DNA from: Bdellovibrionota bacterium FG-2
GTDB taxonomy: Bacteria; Bdellovibrionota; UBA1018
Direction: 5' to 3'
Assembly: GCA_051382305.1 (NCBI GenBank)
Contig: JBBCAV010000153.1
Coordinates: 6,216-70,215, forward strand
Length of the DNA: 64,000 bases
The notes under the pieces are model-generated. The model was given only the letters and a program-made list of their open reading frames with translations. It did no database searches and had not been told where the DNA came from. Shown here piece by piece: positions 48,477-58,108 of this stretch (position 1 is the stretch's first letter; each line of letters opens with the position of its first letter). Both the position numbers and the translations under genes were made by a program.

Positions 48477-49738
48477 ATCCCTCCCTCATCCAATGGCTTG
48501 CGCTAATTATATTTGGGCTTGCGGTAAGTCACACATTTCTCGTTAAACGGTTTCAACACTGGGCCCATCAATACCGCGAAGGATCGGTTCCGGAAAACTT
48601 TTTCCATCTCTTGGGCGAAGTCGAGATCGTCTTTGGACTTTGGGCGGCCGTTTTGATTTTGGCTCTAGCCGCCCTGAGTGGCCCCACAGTTGCTATCCAG
48701 TATCTTGAGTCACGAAACTTTACGGAGCCGGCGTTTGTTTTTGTCGTCTTAAGTCTTTGCTCCACCCGCCCCATTTTGGAGCTTGCCGAAAGATTGATCT
48801 CAGCTCTCTCAAAGCTTCTTCCGTTTAAGCGCCCCATTGCATTTTTTGCAACCGCCTTGGCCGTGGGTCCGATCTTGGGGAGTTTCATCACGGAGCCTGC
48901 AGCGATGACAGTGACGGCGCTTCTCCTTCTGGACCACTTTTTTGGGAAAGAAATCTCCACCCAGCTTAAATACGCCACACTCGGGGCCCTCTTCGTCAAC
49001 GTCTCCATTGGCGGAACCCTCACGCCCTATGCCGCCCCTCCTGTACTCATGGTCGCAGGATCTTGGGGCTGGGGACTCAAACACATGTTTCTTAATTTTG
49101 GATGGAAAGGTGCGACCGCCTGCATTATTTCAGCCGCATTTGTCGCGATCCGGTTCAAAAAAGAAATCAACACCCTTCGCGTCGACCTGAAACTCCGCGC
49201 CCGAAGATCTCCGCTTTGGGTACAAGCCATCCACTTGCTGTTTCTCATCGCAACTGTCGCGGCGGCCCACTCCCCTACAATTGTCATTGGCTTGTTCCTC
49301 TTCTTCTTGGGCTTTACGCGAGTCACAAGTGAACACCAGGAACCGATTCAGCTACGACAAGGACTCCTCGTGTCTTTTTTCCTCGCAGGACTCGTCGTGA
49401 TCGGAGGCCAGCAGAATTGGTGGCTCGGACTCATTCTGGGTCAGCTCTCGACTCTCTCGCTCTACTTAGGTGCTATCGTCCTTACTGCTTTTACGGACAA
49501 TGCCGCCCTCACCTATTTAGGATCACTGGTCCCTACGCTCTCAGATTCCTCGCGCTACGCCTTGGTTGCAGGCGCAGTCGTGGGTGGTGGCCTCACCGTG
49601 ATCGCTAATGCACCAAATCCAGCAGGCTACAGCATCCTCAATCCGAGCTTTGGCGAAGAGGGAATCAGTCCCCTTGGACTTTTTCGCGCAGCCCTGATTC
49701 CGACCGCGATTGCGGGGACATGTTTTTGGTTGCTCTAA
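48473..49738 (+). CDS. polytopic inner-membrane protein (putative permease/transporter)
   Basis: About 11 predicted hydrophobic helices. Start overlaps the upstream stop (ATGA). Confidence 0.45.
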   Translation: MNPSLIQWLALIIFGLAVSHTFLVKRFQHWAHQYREGSVPENFFHLLGEVEIVFGLWAAVLILALAALSGPTVAIQYLESRNFTEPAFVFVVLSLCSTRPILELAERLISALSKLLPFKRPIAFFATALAVGPILGSFITEPAAMTVTALLLLDHFFGKEISTQLKYATLGALFVNVSIGGTLTPYAAPPVLMVAGSWGWGLKHMFLNFGWKGATACIISAAFVAIRFKKEINTLRVDLKLRARRSPLWVQAIHLLFLIATVAAAHSPTIVIGLFLFFLGFTRVTSEHQEPIQLRQGLLVSFFLAGLVVIGGQQNWWLGLILGQLSTLSLYLGAIVLTAFTDNAALTYLGSLVPTLSDSSRYALVAGAVVGGGLTVIANAPNPAGYSILNPSFGEEGISPLGLFRAALIPTAIAGTCFWLL

Positions 49739-50382
49739 CCCAAAACCGCGCTTTCGTTTTTCTTCAAATACGCCAGGTAATCTTCTTTGAAAGTCGGCCT
49801 CACCGATTCCCGAACCGCAGGGAACGCAATTAGGGCTTCCGCCCATTTTCGGGTTTTAGGCATTGGCGACCAGGCAGAATCTGTCCACAAGCTGCTTAGA
49901 AGCTCTAGTCTTACAAAAAGAGGCGCAAACGAGGTATCGACTAAGGAAAAAGTTTGTCCGCTAAAATAGGGCCCTTTGATCATCGGTTCAAGTTTCTGCA
50001 GCGTTTCAAAAAACTCCGCTTTTTGAGTGGCCAACGCCTCTCGCTCCTTCTCCACCGAAACTTCATAGAGCATCCCAATGAGCTCCGAAGCATATTCGAT
50101 CCACGCGCGTTCAAATGCTTTTTGCAAGGGCTCGGAAGCCAGCAGTCTGGGCGCAGTCACTTCGTCCAAGAATTCGTTAATAACTGCCGACTCAAAAATG
50201 GCCGTTTTGTCATCCACCATCAACACGGGAACTTTTCCAAGCGGGGAGAGCTTTAAGAACCATTCCGGCGGATTCACGATGTCGACATCTCGAAAAGTGA
50301 ATGGCACCTTCTTGTGTTTAAGTGTGATCACCGAGCGTTGAACATAGGGGCAAAGTGAGAAGCTAAGAAGCTCGAATTTCAT
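49735..50382 (-). CDS. glutathione S-transferase
   Basis: Thioredoxin-like N-terminus with LCPYVQRSVITL and GKVPVL, plus a C-terminal alpha domain. Confidence 0.8.
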   Translation of the reverse strand: MKFELLSFSLCPYVQRSVITLKHKKVPFTFRDVDIVNPPEWFLKLSPLGKVPVLMVDDKTAIFESAVINEFLDEVTAPRLLASEPLQKAFERAWIEYASELIGMLYEVSVEKEREALATQKAEFFETLQKLEPMIKGPYFSGQTFSLVDTSFAPLFVRLELLSSLWTDSAWSPMPKTRKWAEALIAFPAVRESVRPTFKEDYLAYLKKNESAVLG

Positions 50383-50489
50383 AGCGCTAGAGCTTAGCGC
50401 GTGCGCGCGAGATTCGCAACGAGGTCATTTGGCTCAGCGCCGCCATCTAGAATCATTGACATTATTGGCCTTCCCGCAGTATTCATTAA

Positions 50490-52961
50490 GTGGGGAGTGT
50501 GCCTGTGCGTTTCGAAAAAATCTGGCGAAGCCTTTTGGTGGTCTCGCTCATTGTATTTCCTTTTTCGTATTCGTACGCGTCTTCTGCCGCGACTCCCCCC
50601 CAACCTCGAACTTTTTCCGCTCTCACTCTCAACGTCCAGTTTCTGACCTTCCCCACGACCGTGGCAAATATGTATCTTGTTTCCCAGCGCAAGCGGGCAA
50701 AACTTCTGGTTCAAAATGTCTTAAACGATAGCGGGCCCGACATTGTCGTCCTCAACGAATGTTTTTCCGACACCTGCCAAGATGCCGTCATGAGCGCGGC
50801 GGTCTCCCCGCTCTATATCACGCGCTTTACCCATATTTTTCATCGCTCCGCAAACCTCCTACAAGACAGTGGGCTTGCGATTCTCAGCAAATTTCCCCTC
50901 GCAGATATTGCGCAAGACCTCACGGATCCCTTTTCCTATTCCGAATTGTGTGCGCGAGGCAATCTCGACCTAGGAAACAGGCACTTCAAACACGCTTTTG
51001 ATAAAACGGTTTGCTTAGAAAAATTCTTTCGGTCTTTTGCGGAAATTGCAGAAGTAAGACACCTCCGATTTTCAAATTTCGACCGGCTCGCAGCGCACCC
51101 TTTTGATACCGATAGTCAGGCCGAAAAAGGCGTCGGTTTCGTCCGACTTAAAAACCCCACGACTCAACGGGACATCGACATTTACTTTGCTCACTTGCAA
51201 TCGGGGTTTTCTGAGCGCGCGTCCACGGTCCGAAAAACTCAGTTGGAATCCATTCAAGATTCCATTCTAGCCCACTCCTTTTTAGCCCCCGGCACCCACG
51301 TCGATAACACCGACATTCTATTCATGGGTGACCTTAATGTTGCCGGAGAGCCTCCCGGTTCCCCGCTTAATGCATCAGAAGTCCCTGGCTTTTGGGACAC
51401 CTCCCACCGCTGGAGCCAACATATCGCACGCAGCGACAGCGACCTGAACAGGAAACTCTCGGAAAAAGGCCGGTATTTATGGGACTTGTGGTGGAGCACA
51501 AACCCCGAGCATGACACAGGCGAAACCCATTCACGGAAAACTGCCCATTTTGGGAATCGGGATTATTGGAACGGAACACGTGACGACGAAGCGCGATTTG
51601 ATTATCTGCTGCTGAGCGCAGCCCCTCTGCGCGAGGGCGGCCTTTGTGCCCAGAGCATTTTTCTAGATGAGAGTTTCTCTGCACCCGAAGGTTATCCACT
51701 TAACAACGCAACTCAAGCCCCTCGGGGGGGGCTATATCTCACCGATCATTTCGGCGTGCATGCTATTTTTGGCCCCACCTATCCTGGCTGCCGAGTGAGG
51801 GATGCAATTCATGTTGAAGACGTGCGTTCTGCGAATGCAATTACATCCCTGGCGTCCCAAATTCCAGTTGCGAATGGATTCCAATGGTTTGAACTTGCTC
51901 CGGGCACCTATACAGCACGACTCATGGCCGACGCCGCTTTATCGGCCTCTGCCTTTTCCGGATCAGACGTGACCCACGCGTTGCCGCTTCATGAAGCAAT
52001 TCTCGATGAGAAATCCCGGTCTTTTGCCTTTTCCGCAAGTGAGCGCCTCTTTTTTCGTGTGGGAACTCAAGAGACGCCCGCCCTGTATGAGATCCAATTT
52101 TTGCGACATCAGGGCGTATCATTTGATGAAGCGCTTGACCTGGAAACTCCCGGGATTCGAAAACCGTTGGAACTCGATCCAGACGCAGAGCACTTTATTC
52201 GCATCACCCCTCGCACCTTGTCTCACCCGGGGCATCAGGTGTTTTCGGTAGACTTAGGAGCAGAGCCTTCTCAAGAACCAAACATTGCTGTAAGCGTCAT
52301 ACGAAGAAATGAAGACCGACTTGAAGTTTTGCACGATCTTCGAACCGGCCTAATTCTCGATTCGCTTTCGCCCTCTTCTCCCATGCTACAAGATGGCTTT
52401 TCATTAGATAATGAGTCTGAGTTTTTCGTCCGCGTTTCCAGTACTGCGCCCCTTACTCTCCGGCTAAACCCTCGCTATGATACGGACCTTCGCTCGTTCT
52501 CCCTAATCAACCTCCTCAACCTCAACAACAAAGAATCAGGCTGGTTTTCTAATGACCAGATTCGCCTTCGAGTTCTTATCAAGAATGCTTCTGGCAACAC
52601 CTTAGAATCCTTCACTCACTATTGCGGAGCGATGGACAAAAACTCCCCGTGTGCTTTTCCCGACGCAAATACAGTTCCCGGCATTCGCGGTTTCACGATT
52701 AACTTCCTGCCTGTTGACACAGTCGATGTCGAACTTTGGGAAGACAGGCTCATAGGTCAAACATCTTTTGCGGCCTTGAGTGACCGCTATGGAATCCAGA
52801 AAGCCCGAATCCTCCAAGACGACCCCGAAACCCAAGGGGTTACGATCCCAGATCCCTATCGTTCTTCAGAAATAAAATCCGAGATTTGGTTTCACAAGCG
52901 AAGGTTTCCGAGCTTGCGCGCCGACTGGGCCTATCACCTGACCTACACCACAACACGTTAA
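50490..52961 (+). CDS. large secreted endonuclease/exonuclease/phosphatase (EEP) family protein with ~500-aa C-terminal extension
   Basis: Signal peptide. EEP motifs TLNVQFL and DIVVLNECF, plus downstream His/Asp motifs. Confidence 0.6.
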   Translation: MGSVPVRFEKIWRSLLVVSLIVFPFSYSYASSAATPPQPRTFSALTLNVQFLTFPTTVANMYLVSQRKRAKLLVQNVLNDSGPDIVVLNECFSDTCQDAVMSAAVSPLYITRFTHIFHRSANLLQDSGLAILSKFPLADIAQDLTDPFSYSELCARGNLDLGNRHFKHAFDKTVCLEKFFRSFAEIAEVRHLRFSNFDRLAAHPFDTDSQAEKGVGFVRLKNPTTQRDIDIYFAHLQSGFSERASTVRKTQLESIQDSILAHSFLAPGTHVDNTDILFMGDLNVAGEPPGSPLNASEVPGFWDTSHRWSQHIARSDSDLNRKLSEKGRYLWDLWWSTNPEHDTGETHSRKTAHFGNRDYWNGTRDDEARFDYLLLSAAPLREGGLCAQSIFLDESFSAPEGYPLNNATQAPRGGLYLTDHFGVHAIFGPTYPGCRVRDAIHVEDVRSANAITSLASQIPVANGFQWFELAPGTYTARLMADAALSASAFSGSDVTHALPLHEAILDEKSRSFAFSASERLFFRVGTQETPALYEIQFLRHQGVSFDEALDLETPGIRKPLELDPDAEHFIRITPRTLSHPGHQVFSVDLGAEPSQEPNIAVSVIRRNEDRLEVLHDLRTGLILDSLSPSSPMLQDGFSLDNESEFFVRVSSTAPLTLRLNPRYDTDLRSFSLINLLNLNNKESGWFSNDQIRLRVLIKNASGNTLESFTHYCGAMDKNSPCAFPDANTVPGIRGFTINFLPVDTVDVELWEDRLIGQTSFAALSDRYGIQKARILQDDPETQGVTIPDPYRSSEIKSEIWFHKRRFPSLRADWAYHLTYTTTR

Positions 52962-52990
52962 TCTTCGGGCACTGAGGGCACTGATCTCGC

Positions 52991-54736
52991 TTGACGAAGC
53001 AGGGCGTTTTGAGCTTTGCTTTCCCCATGATCCTACTTCATCCCCATAAAACTATTCGACCCAGCACCGATCCCCATACTCGAGAGCTCATGCTCAAAAC
53101 CGTCGAGTTTTTTGAAAACCGCGGCAAAGCCAAGCTTAAGCAAGATGATCATGACCGAGTTTGGTACAAAGACTTCTTGGAGTTCATCGCAAAAGAACAG
53201 GTTTTCGCTTCCCTCCTCACTCCCCCCGCGTACGGCGGTCCGGCGTGTCGCTGGGACACTTATCGCAACTGCGAGTTCAATGAGATTTTGGGCTTTTATG
53301 GATTACCCTATTGGTACACCTGGCAAGTTTCAATATTGGGGCTGGGTCCTCTTTGGATGAGTAAAAACGAAGCCATCAAAATCAAAACCGCCGCGCATTT
53401 GAAGGCCGGTGGAATTTTTGGTTTCGGCCTTTCGGAAAAAGAGCATGGCGCCGACCTTTATTCGAGCGAAATGACACTCACCCCAGAAAGCCCGGGGCAT
53501 TATAAAGCCAACGGTCGCAAGTATTACATCGGAAACGCAAACGAAGCGGCGCTTCTTTCCACGTTCGGCAAAATGAGCGCCAAAAAGACTGAAGGCGGCG
53601 ACTATGTATTTTTTGCCACCGATCCCAAACGCGAAGGTTTTGAGCTCGTCAAGAATGTCGTCAATTCTCAAAACTACGTCGCTGAATATGCCTTGCACGA
53701 TTACGCCGTTTCTGAAGCCGAGATCTTATCCAAGGGTCAAGAGGCCTGGGACTGCTCTCTCAACACGATCAATGTTGGGAAGTTCAATTTGGGTTGGGCT
53801 TCTATCGGAATGTGTACGCACGCTTTATACGAGGCCATCAACCACGCTTCGCACCGCAAACTTTTTGGACACACAGTTACGGATTTCACGCATATCAAAC
53901 ACCTCTTTACCGATAGTTACGCGCGCTTGACAGCTATGAAACTCTTTGCCCTGCGCGCTTCGGATTACATGCGCTCTGCAACGCTAGAGGATCGCAGATA
54001 TTTGCTCTATAACCCCATGGTCAAAATGAAAGTCACCACGCAAGGCGAAGAAGTCATCAATCTTCTCTGGGATGTGATTGCCGCCAAAGGATTTGAAAAG
54101 GATACGATTTTTGAATCCGTCGCCCGTGACATTCGAGCCCTCCCTAAGCTCGAAGGCACCGTGCATGTCAACATGGCGCTCATTATTAAATTTATGGGCA
54201 ACTACTTCTTTAAGCCTGGGAAGCTCCCGGCAATCGGCAAGCGCGATGAGCCCGTCCACGATGAGTTTCTTTTCAAACAGGGCCCTACCAAAGGCTTAAG
54301 CAAAATTCGTTTTCACGACTACCGCATTGCCTACAACAGCGTGAATCTGCCTAATGTGGATATTTTCAAAAAGCAGATACGTATTTTGAAAACCTTTTTA
54401 CTCGTGGCCAAACCGAGCAAGAAACAAACTGAGGACATTGATTTTCTGCTGATTTTGGGCGAACTTTTTACCCTGGTCGTTTATGGACAGCTGTTAATCG
54501 AAAGCGCCAAAATCCAGAAAACCGAGGGCGAACTCTTGGATCAGATTTTTGATTTCATGATTCGAGATTTCTCAAAATTTGCGCTGCAACTCTATTCCAA
54601 AACGAGCAGCACGACGCTTCAACAATTCTTGTGTCTGCAGATGATCAAAAAACCAAAGGTCAATCCGGAGCGCACAGATCGCATCTGGCGCAATCATGTG
54701 GAGAGCTTAAAAGATGGGTATGAGATGAAAGCGTGA
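52991..54736 (+). CDS. acyl-CoA dehydrogenase family protein
   Basis: GIFGFGLSEKEHGADL (middle domain) and C-terminal helical domain. 581 aa. Confidence 0.55.
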   Translation: MTKQGVLSFAFPMILLHPHKTIRPSTDPHTRELMLKTVEFFENRGKAKLKQDDHDRVWYKDFLEFIAKEQVFASLLTPPAYGGPACRWDTYRNCEFNEILGFYGLPYWYTWQVSILGLGPLWMSKNEAIKIKTAAHLKAGGIFGFGLSEKEHGADLYSSEMTLTPESPGHYKANGRKYYIGNANEAALLSTFGKMSAKKTEGGDYVFFATDPKREGFELVKNVVNSQNYVAEYALHDYAVSEAEILSKGQEAWDCSLNTINVGKFNLGWASIGMCTHALYEAINHASHRKLFGHTVTDFTHIKHLFTDSYARLTAMKLFALRASDYMRSATLEDRRYLLYNPMVKMKVTTQGEEVINLLWDVIAAKGFEKDTIFESVARDIRALPKLEGTVHVNMALIIKFMGNYFFKPGKLPAIGKRDEPVHDEFLFKQGPTKGLSKIRFHDYRIAYNSVNLPNVDIFKKQIRILKTFLLVAKPSKKQTEDIDFLLILGELFTLVVYGQLLIESAKIQKTEGELLDQIFDFMIRDFSKFALQLYSKTSSTTLQQFLCLQMIKKPKVNPERTDRIWRNHVESLKDGYEMKA

Positions 54737-54744
54737 GGCGGCAC

Positions 54745-55752
54745 TCACTTCAACCCCGGAACAAACTGCGCCATTTTCTCGGAGCCAAACTCTCGAATAG
54801 CCTCCCACGGGTTGTGCTTCGCACATAACAAACGCAGGGATTGAAGTTCCGACGCGCCCCCCTTGGCAAGTGGAATGCGATGATCGATTTGAATTCCAAA
54901 TCTAGACCCACATCGCCTGCCCGTCTCGGGCGAAACAAAAGTACAACAGCCGCCATCACGAGCCCAGACTTGCCTGCGCACAGCCGCCGGAATATTGCGC
55001 CGCAAAGCCTGGGGCGGCTGGGAAGCCTTAGTTTGCGGCTCTTTTGTGCGCTGCGCCTCCGGCGCCGGAGTGATTAGCGGAGTAGACTCTGAAGTCGCCG
55101 TTGGAACAGATTTTCGCGGCTTTTTTCGAGCCGGATCCAATTGCGCGAGCGCCCGATCCGCCAAGAGTTCAACCAACTGCGCGAACCTAAGACCTGGGTG
55201 AGCATGCGCCAACAATCCCTTAAGATGATCGAGTTTCTGCATCCACTCGTCTGAGGCGAAGAGTTTAAGTTCAGTTTCCGTGGGAGAAATCACCCGCAAA
55301 CTCTCCTGGCGCTTTGCTGACTCAGGCGAGATCCTTTGAAGGATTTTGTCACACTCGCGATGTGAACGATTCTCCATTTGCCCAAGAAGCTCACGCTTTT
55401 CCTGAACCGAATAGACTTTGCCTTTTCCGCGCTCTTCACGTTTCAAGAAACATTGCACTGAACTTAGGGTAGAAAGATTGAGAACTCCTGTTTCAATTTG
55501 TACGACCGCACCCGGCACGTCCTTCAGCAACCGCATTGAATGAATTCGGCGAGCGGCACTGGCTTCACTATAGCCCAACTCTTTGACCGCGTACAAAAAT
55601 AGCGACGCGTAACCTTGTTGCGCGAAGAGTCTGCGACGCTCTACCTCGCGCAAAAGTTCGAGCACTTGCACGGTAAACTTGCGCTCTTCGAGTGCGCAAT
55701 GTTTGAGCTGATTCAAAAGATCGCAGTCGGTTAGTGTTTTGGGGTGTTGCAT
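54745..55752 (-). CDS. HNH endonuclease (DUF222-like), paralog of 1721..2662
   Basis: LLREVERRRL, RRIHSMRLLK, IETGVLNL, KGLLAH, WARDGGCCTF...GRRCGSRFGIQIDHRIPLAKGG...LRLLCAKHN. Confidence 0.7.
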   Translation of the reverse strand: MQHPKTLTDCDLLNQLKHCALEERKFTVQVLELLREVERRRLFAQQGYASLFLYAVKELGYSEASAARRIHSMRLLKDVPGAVVQIETGVLNLSTLSSVQCFLKREERGKGKVYSVQEKRELLGQMENRSHRECDKILQRISPESAKRQESLRVISPTETELKLFASDEWMQKLDHLKGLLAHAHPGLRFAQLVELLADRALAQLDPARKKPRKSVPTATSESTPLITPAPEAQRTKEPQTKASQPPQALRRNIPAAVRRQVWARDGGCCTFVSPETGRRCGSRFGIQIDHRIPLAKGGASELQSLRLLCAKHNPWEAIREFGSEKMAQFVPGLK

Positions 55753-55871
55753 AGGTGGGCAAGCCTATCACAAATTCAACAAAAAACAGCTTAAAAGAAG
55801 CTAATATCTCGAGTTTTTTTCAAGCCAACATAGTCCGAAAACCGGACCCATCCCAGCCCCGAACCCCCTCG

Positions 55872-56657
55872 CTAAATCGCTCGCCCAATCACTCGCATCA
55901 CCCCCGGCAAAAACCGCGCAAGCCACACCGCGACCTTGCCATGCAAAGTCACAACATACTCACGCCGCCGTTTAACAACCGCGCGCAAAATATGGCGTGC
56001 CGCCGCCTCCGTAGGCATCACTAGCCATGAGGGCGCGCGATCCTCAGTTTCAGAATGCAGCACCCCTTGATTATCCACGTGCCTAATCTCACTCTTCACA
56101 AGCCCCGGAGATACCAGCGTGACGCCCACGCCCCACTCCCGCCATTCTTCGGTCAATGAATCCGCAAGCGCACGCACTGCAAACTTGCTCATCGAATACG
56201 CACTGGATTCTGCAGGTGAGATATAAGACATAACGCTACCCAAAATAACAAATTGACCGCGCGAATTTTTCAAAGACTCAAGACCCGCATACGCCGATCG
56301 CAAGACCCCAAATACATTTGTTTCAAACTGGCGTCGGTAGTCATCAAGTCTCAATTCGTTTAACCGGCCTGTGACACCAAAACCTGCGTTCGCGATGAAA
56401 ACATTGAGTTTGCCATATTCCTTAATCGCAGCCGCCACTGCCGCCTCAAGATCCCCATCACGATTGACGTCTGCCGCAACAGCCAAGGCTCTGCCTCCAC
56501 CTGCACAAATTTCTTGCGCAAGCGCTTTGATGCGATCATCGCGTCGGGCAACAAGCGTGACGAAAGCACCCTGGTGTGCGGCGAGCCTAGCCAACGCGGC
56601 TCCAATTCCTGCAGATGCCCCTGTGATCAAGACTGATTTTCCGTGAAAATTGCTCAT
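55872..56657 (-). CDS. SDR family oxidoreductase
   Basis: TGASAGIGAALA cofactor motif and catalytic YSMSK. Confidence 0.85.
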   Translation of the reverse strand: MSNFHGKSVLITGASAGIGAALARLAAHQGAFVTLVARRDDRIKALAQEICAGGGRALAVAADVNRDGDLEAAVAAAIKEYGKLNVFIANAGFGVTGRLNELRLDDYRRQFETNVFGVLRSAYAGLESLKNSRGQFVILGSVMSYISPAESSAYSMSKFAVRALADSLTEEWREWGVGVTLVSPGLVKSEIRHVDNQGVLHSETEDRAPSWLVMPTEAAARHILRAVVKRRREYVVTLHGKVAVWLARFLPGVMRVIGRAI

Positions 56658-56817
56658 GCAGGTATCCTAAATAATATTCGCTTATTGACCTAACGGAAAA
56701 TGGCGTCAAATTCTAGACGCCATGGGCCCAAAAATCCGCACCAGCGCCGTGCAACAATACACAAAACATCATCAAGCCCCACCCCATTCTCGCCGAAAAG
56801 TCCTTTAGGAGTGAGCT

Positions 56818-58066
56818 GTGAAATCTATTCCCCTTAATCGCCCCAAGACCGTTTTCTCGAAGTAACTCTACTTCTCACTGACCGCGATTACTGCCCTGAC
56901 CTTAGGGCTGGCACTGGGCCCGCAAACACATGCGGCCCCGCCGACGAGCCTTACCCAACCGCAAGCCCAAGCCGAAGAGCCTCTTTTCTTTACCGTCGAC
57001 GCAGGCAAGGGCCATGAAATGATCGAGAAGGCCATCAAGACCCCGTTAGATAAATCTGCTCCAGATTACGGGATGAGCATCTCCAAGAATTCAGTGATGT
57101 TGAATGACCATCTCGGTCGAGTCAAAAACTCTAATAGAAGAAGGGAAAATAGATCCCAAAATAAAAGAAGTGCAATTCGTCACAGATCACGACGTGAATT
57201 TCAATTACCTCTCGCGCGGACTCATTATAGTTCCCCACCCCTCCCTTAAAGATAAACTCGTTAAAATGGGCAAGGACCCCAGCCTTGTGAAGGTTGTGGA
57301 GGGGATTCCAGCTGGGCCCGCTTATCTTGAAGATTTTGACAAAGCGGCCGTTCGAGCGGAGCTCAATGCATCTCTCTCGGCTGAGCTGAAGAGGCCGAAT
57401 ATTTTGGGCATAGAAGACCCCTTGATTCTTGCGACCGGTGGAGGGTTAGGTCTGGGGCTTAAGCCCATTGCAGATTTTTTGCCAAAGTGGAAACCCACGA
57501 AGCCGGTAAAGCTTGTAGTAGTCTGCGGGAGCAATAAAGAAATGCTACTACGTTTTCAGAAACTTCAAGTATCAAACAAACTTGATCCGAATATTACACT
57601 CATCGTAAAGGGCTATACACCCCTTGCGCCCTACGTAAAAGCCGCGACGATGATCATTTCAAAGCCTGGGGGTTCGCAAACCGCAGAAGCCATTGCCGCA
57701 AAGCCCCCTCTTTTCGCGCATACTTATATCCGAGGACAGGAAACCAACAATTATGAGCTTCTGAGCAAAATCGAAGCAATCGGCAAACTCGATCTCAATG
57801 AGCTCAATGATATGGATAAGATGCTAAAGCGCGTGGAAGTCATCACGGCGGGGATTAAGCGCGAATACCCAAATGCCCGAAAGCTCCCAGAACAAATTGC
57901 CCAGATTTTGGGGGATTATGCTCATGACCGGATTCGAGATAATCCCAAAGAATGGGACGCGATCCTTGCCCGAAGAGCGGCGATAGCTGCGAAAGTTCCC
58001 TTGGGCAAGCGAATTGGGTGCAAGCTTTCGGACGTCTTGTTTTCGCTGCTGCACCCCGAATCGTAA
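56818..58066 (+). pseudogene. GT28 family (MGDG synthase / MurG-like) glycosyltransferase, frameshifted in N-terminal domain
   Basis: C-terminal domain intact in ORF 57104..58066 (ILATGGGLGLG, VVVCGSN, KPGGSQTAEA). The N-terminal GxGH region (FTVDAGKGHEMIEKAI) lies in another frame and is preceded by a signal-like segment in yet another frame. Confidence 0.5.
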
Positions 58067-58108
58067 ACGCGAGAGCCTTGGCCCACCTCTTGCTCTGCCC
58101 CTAAGCCT

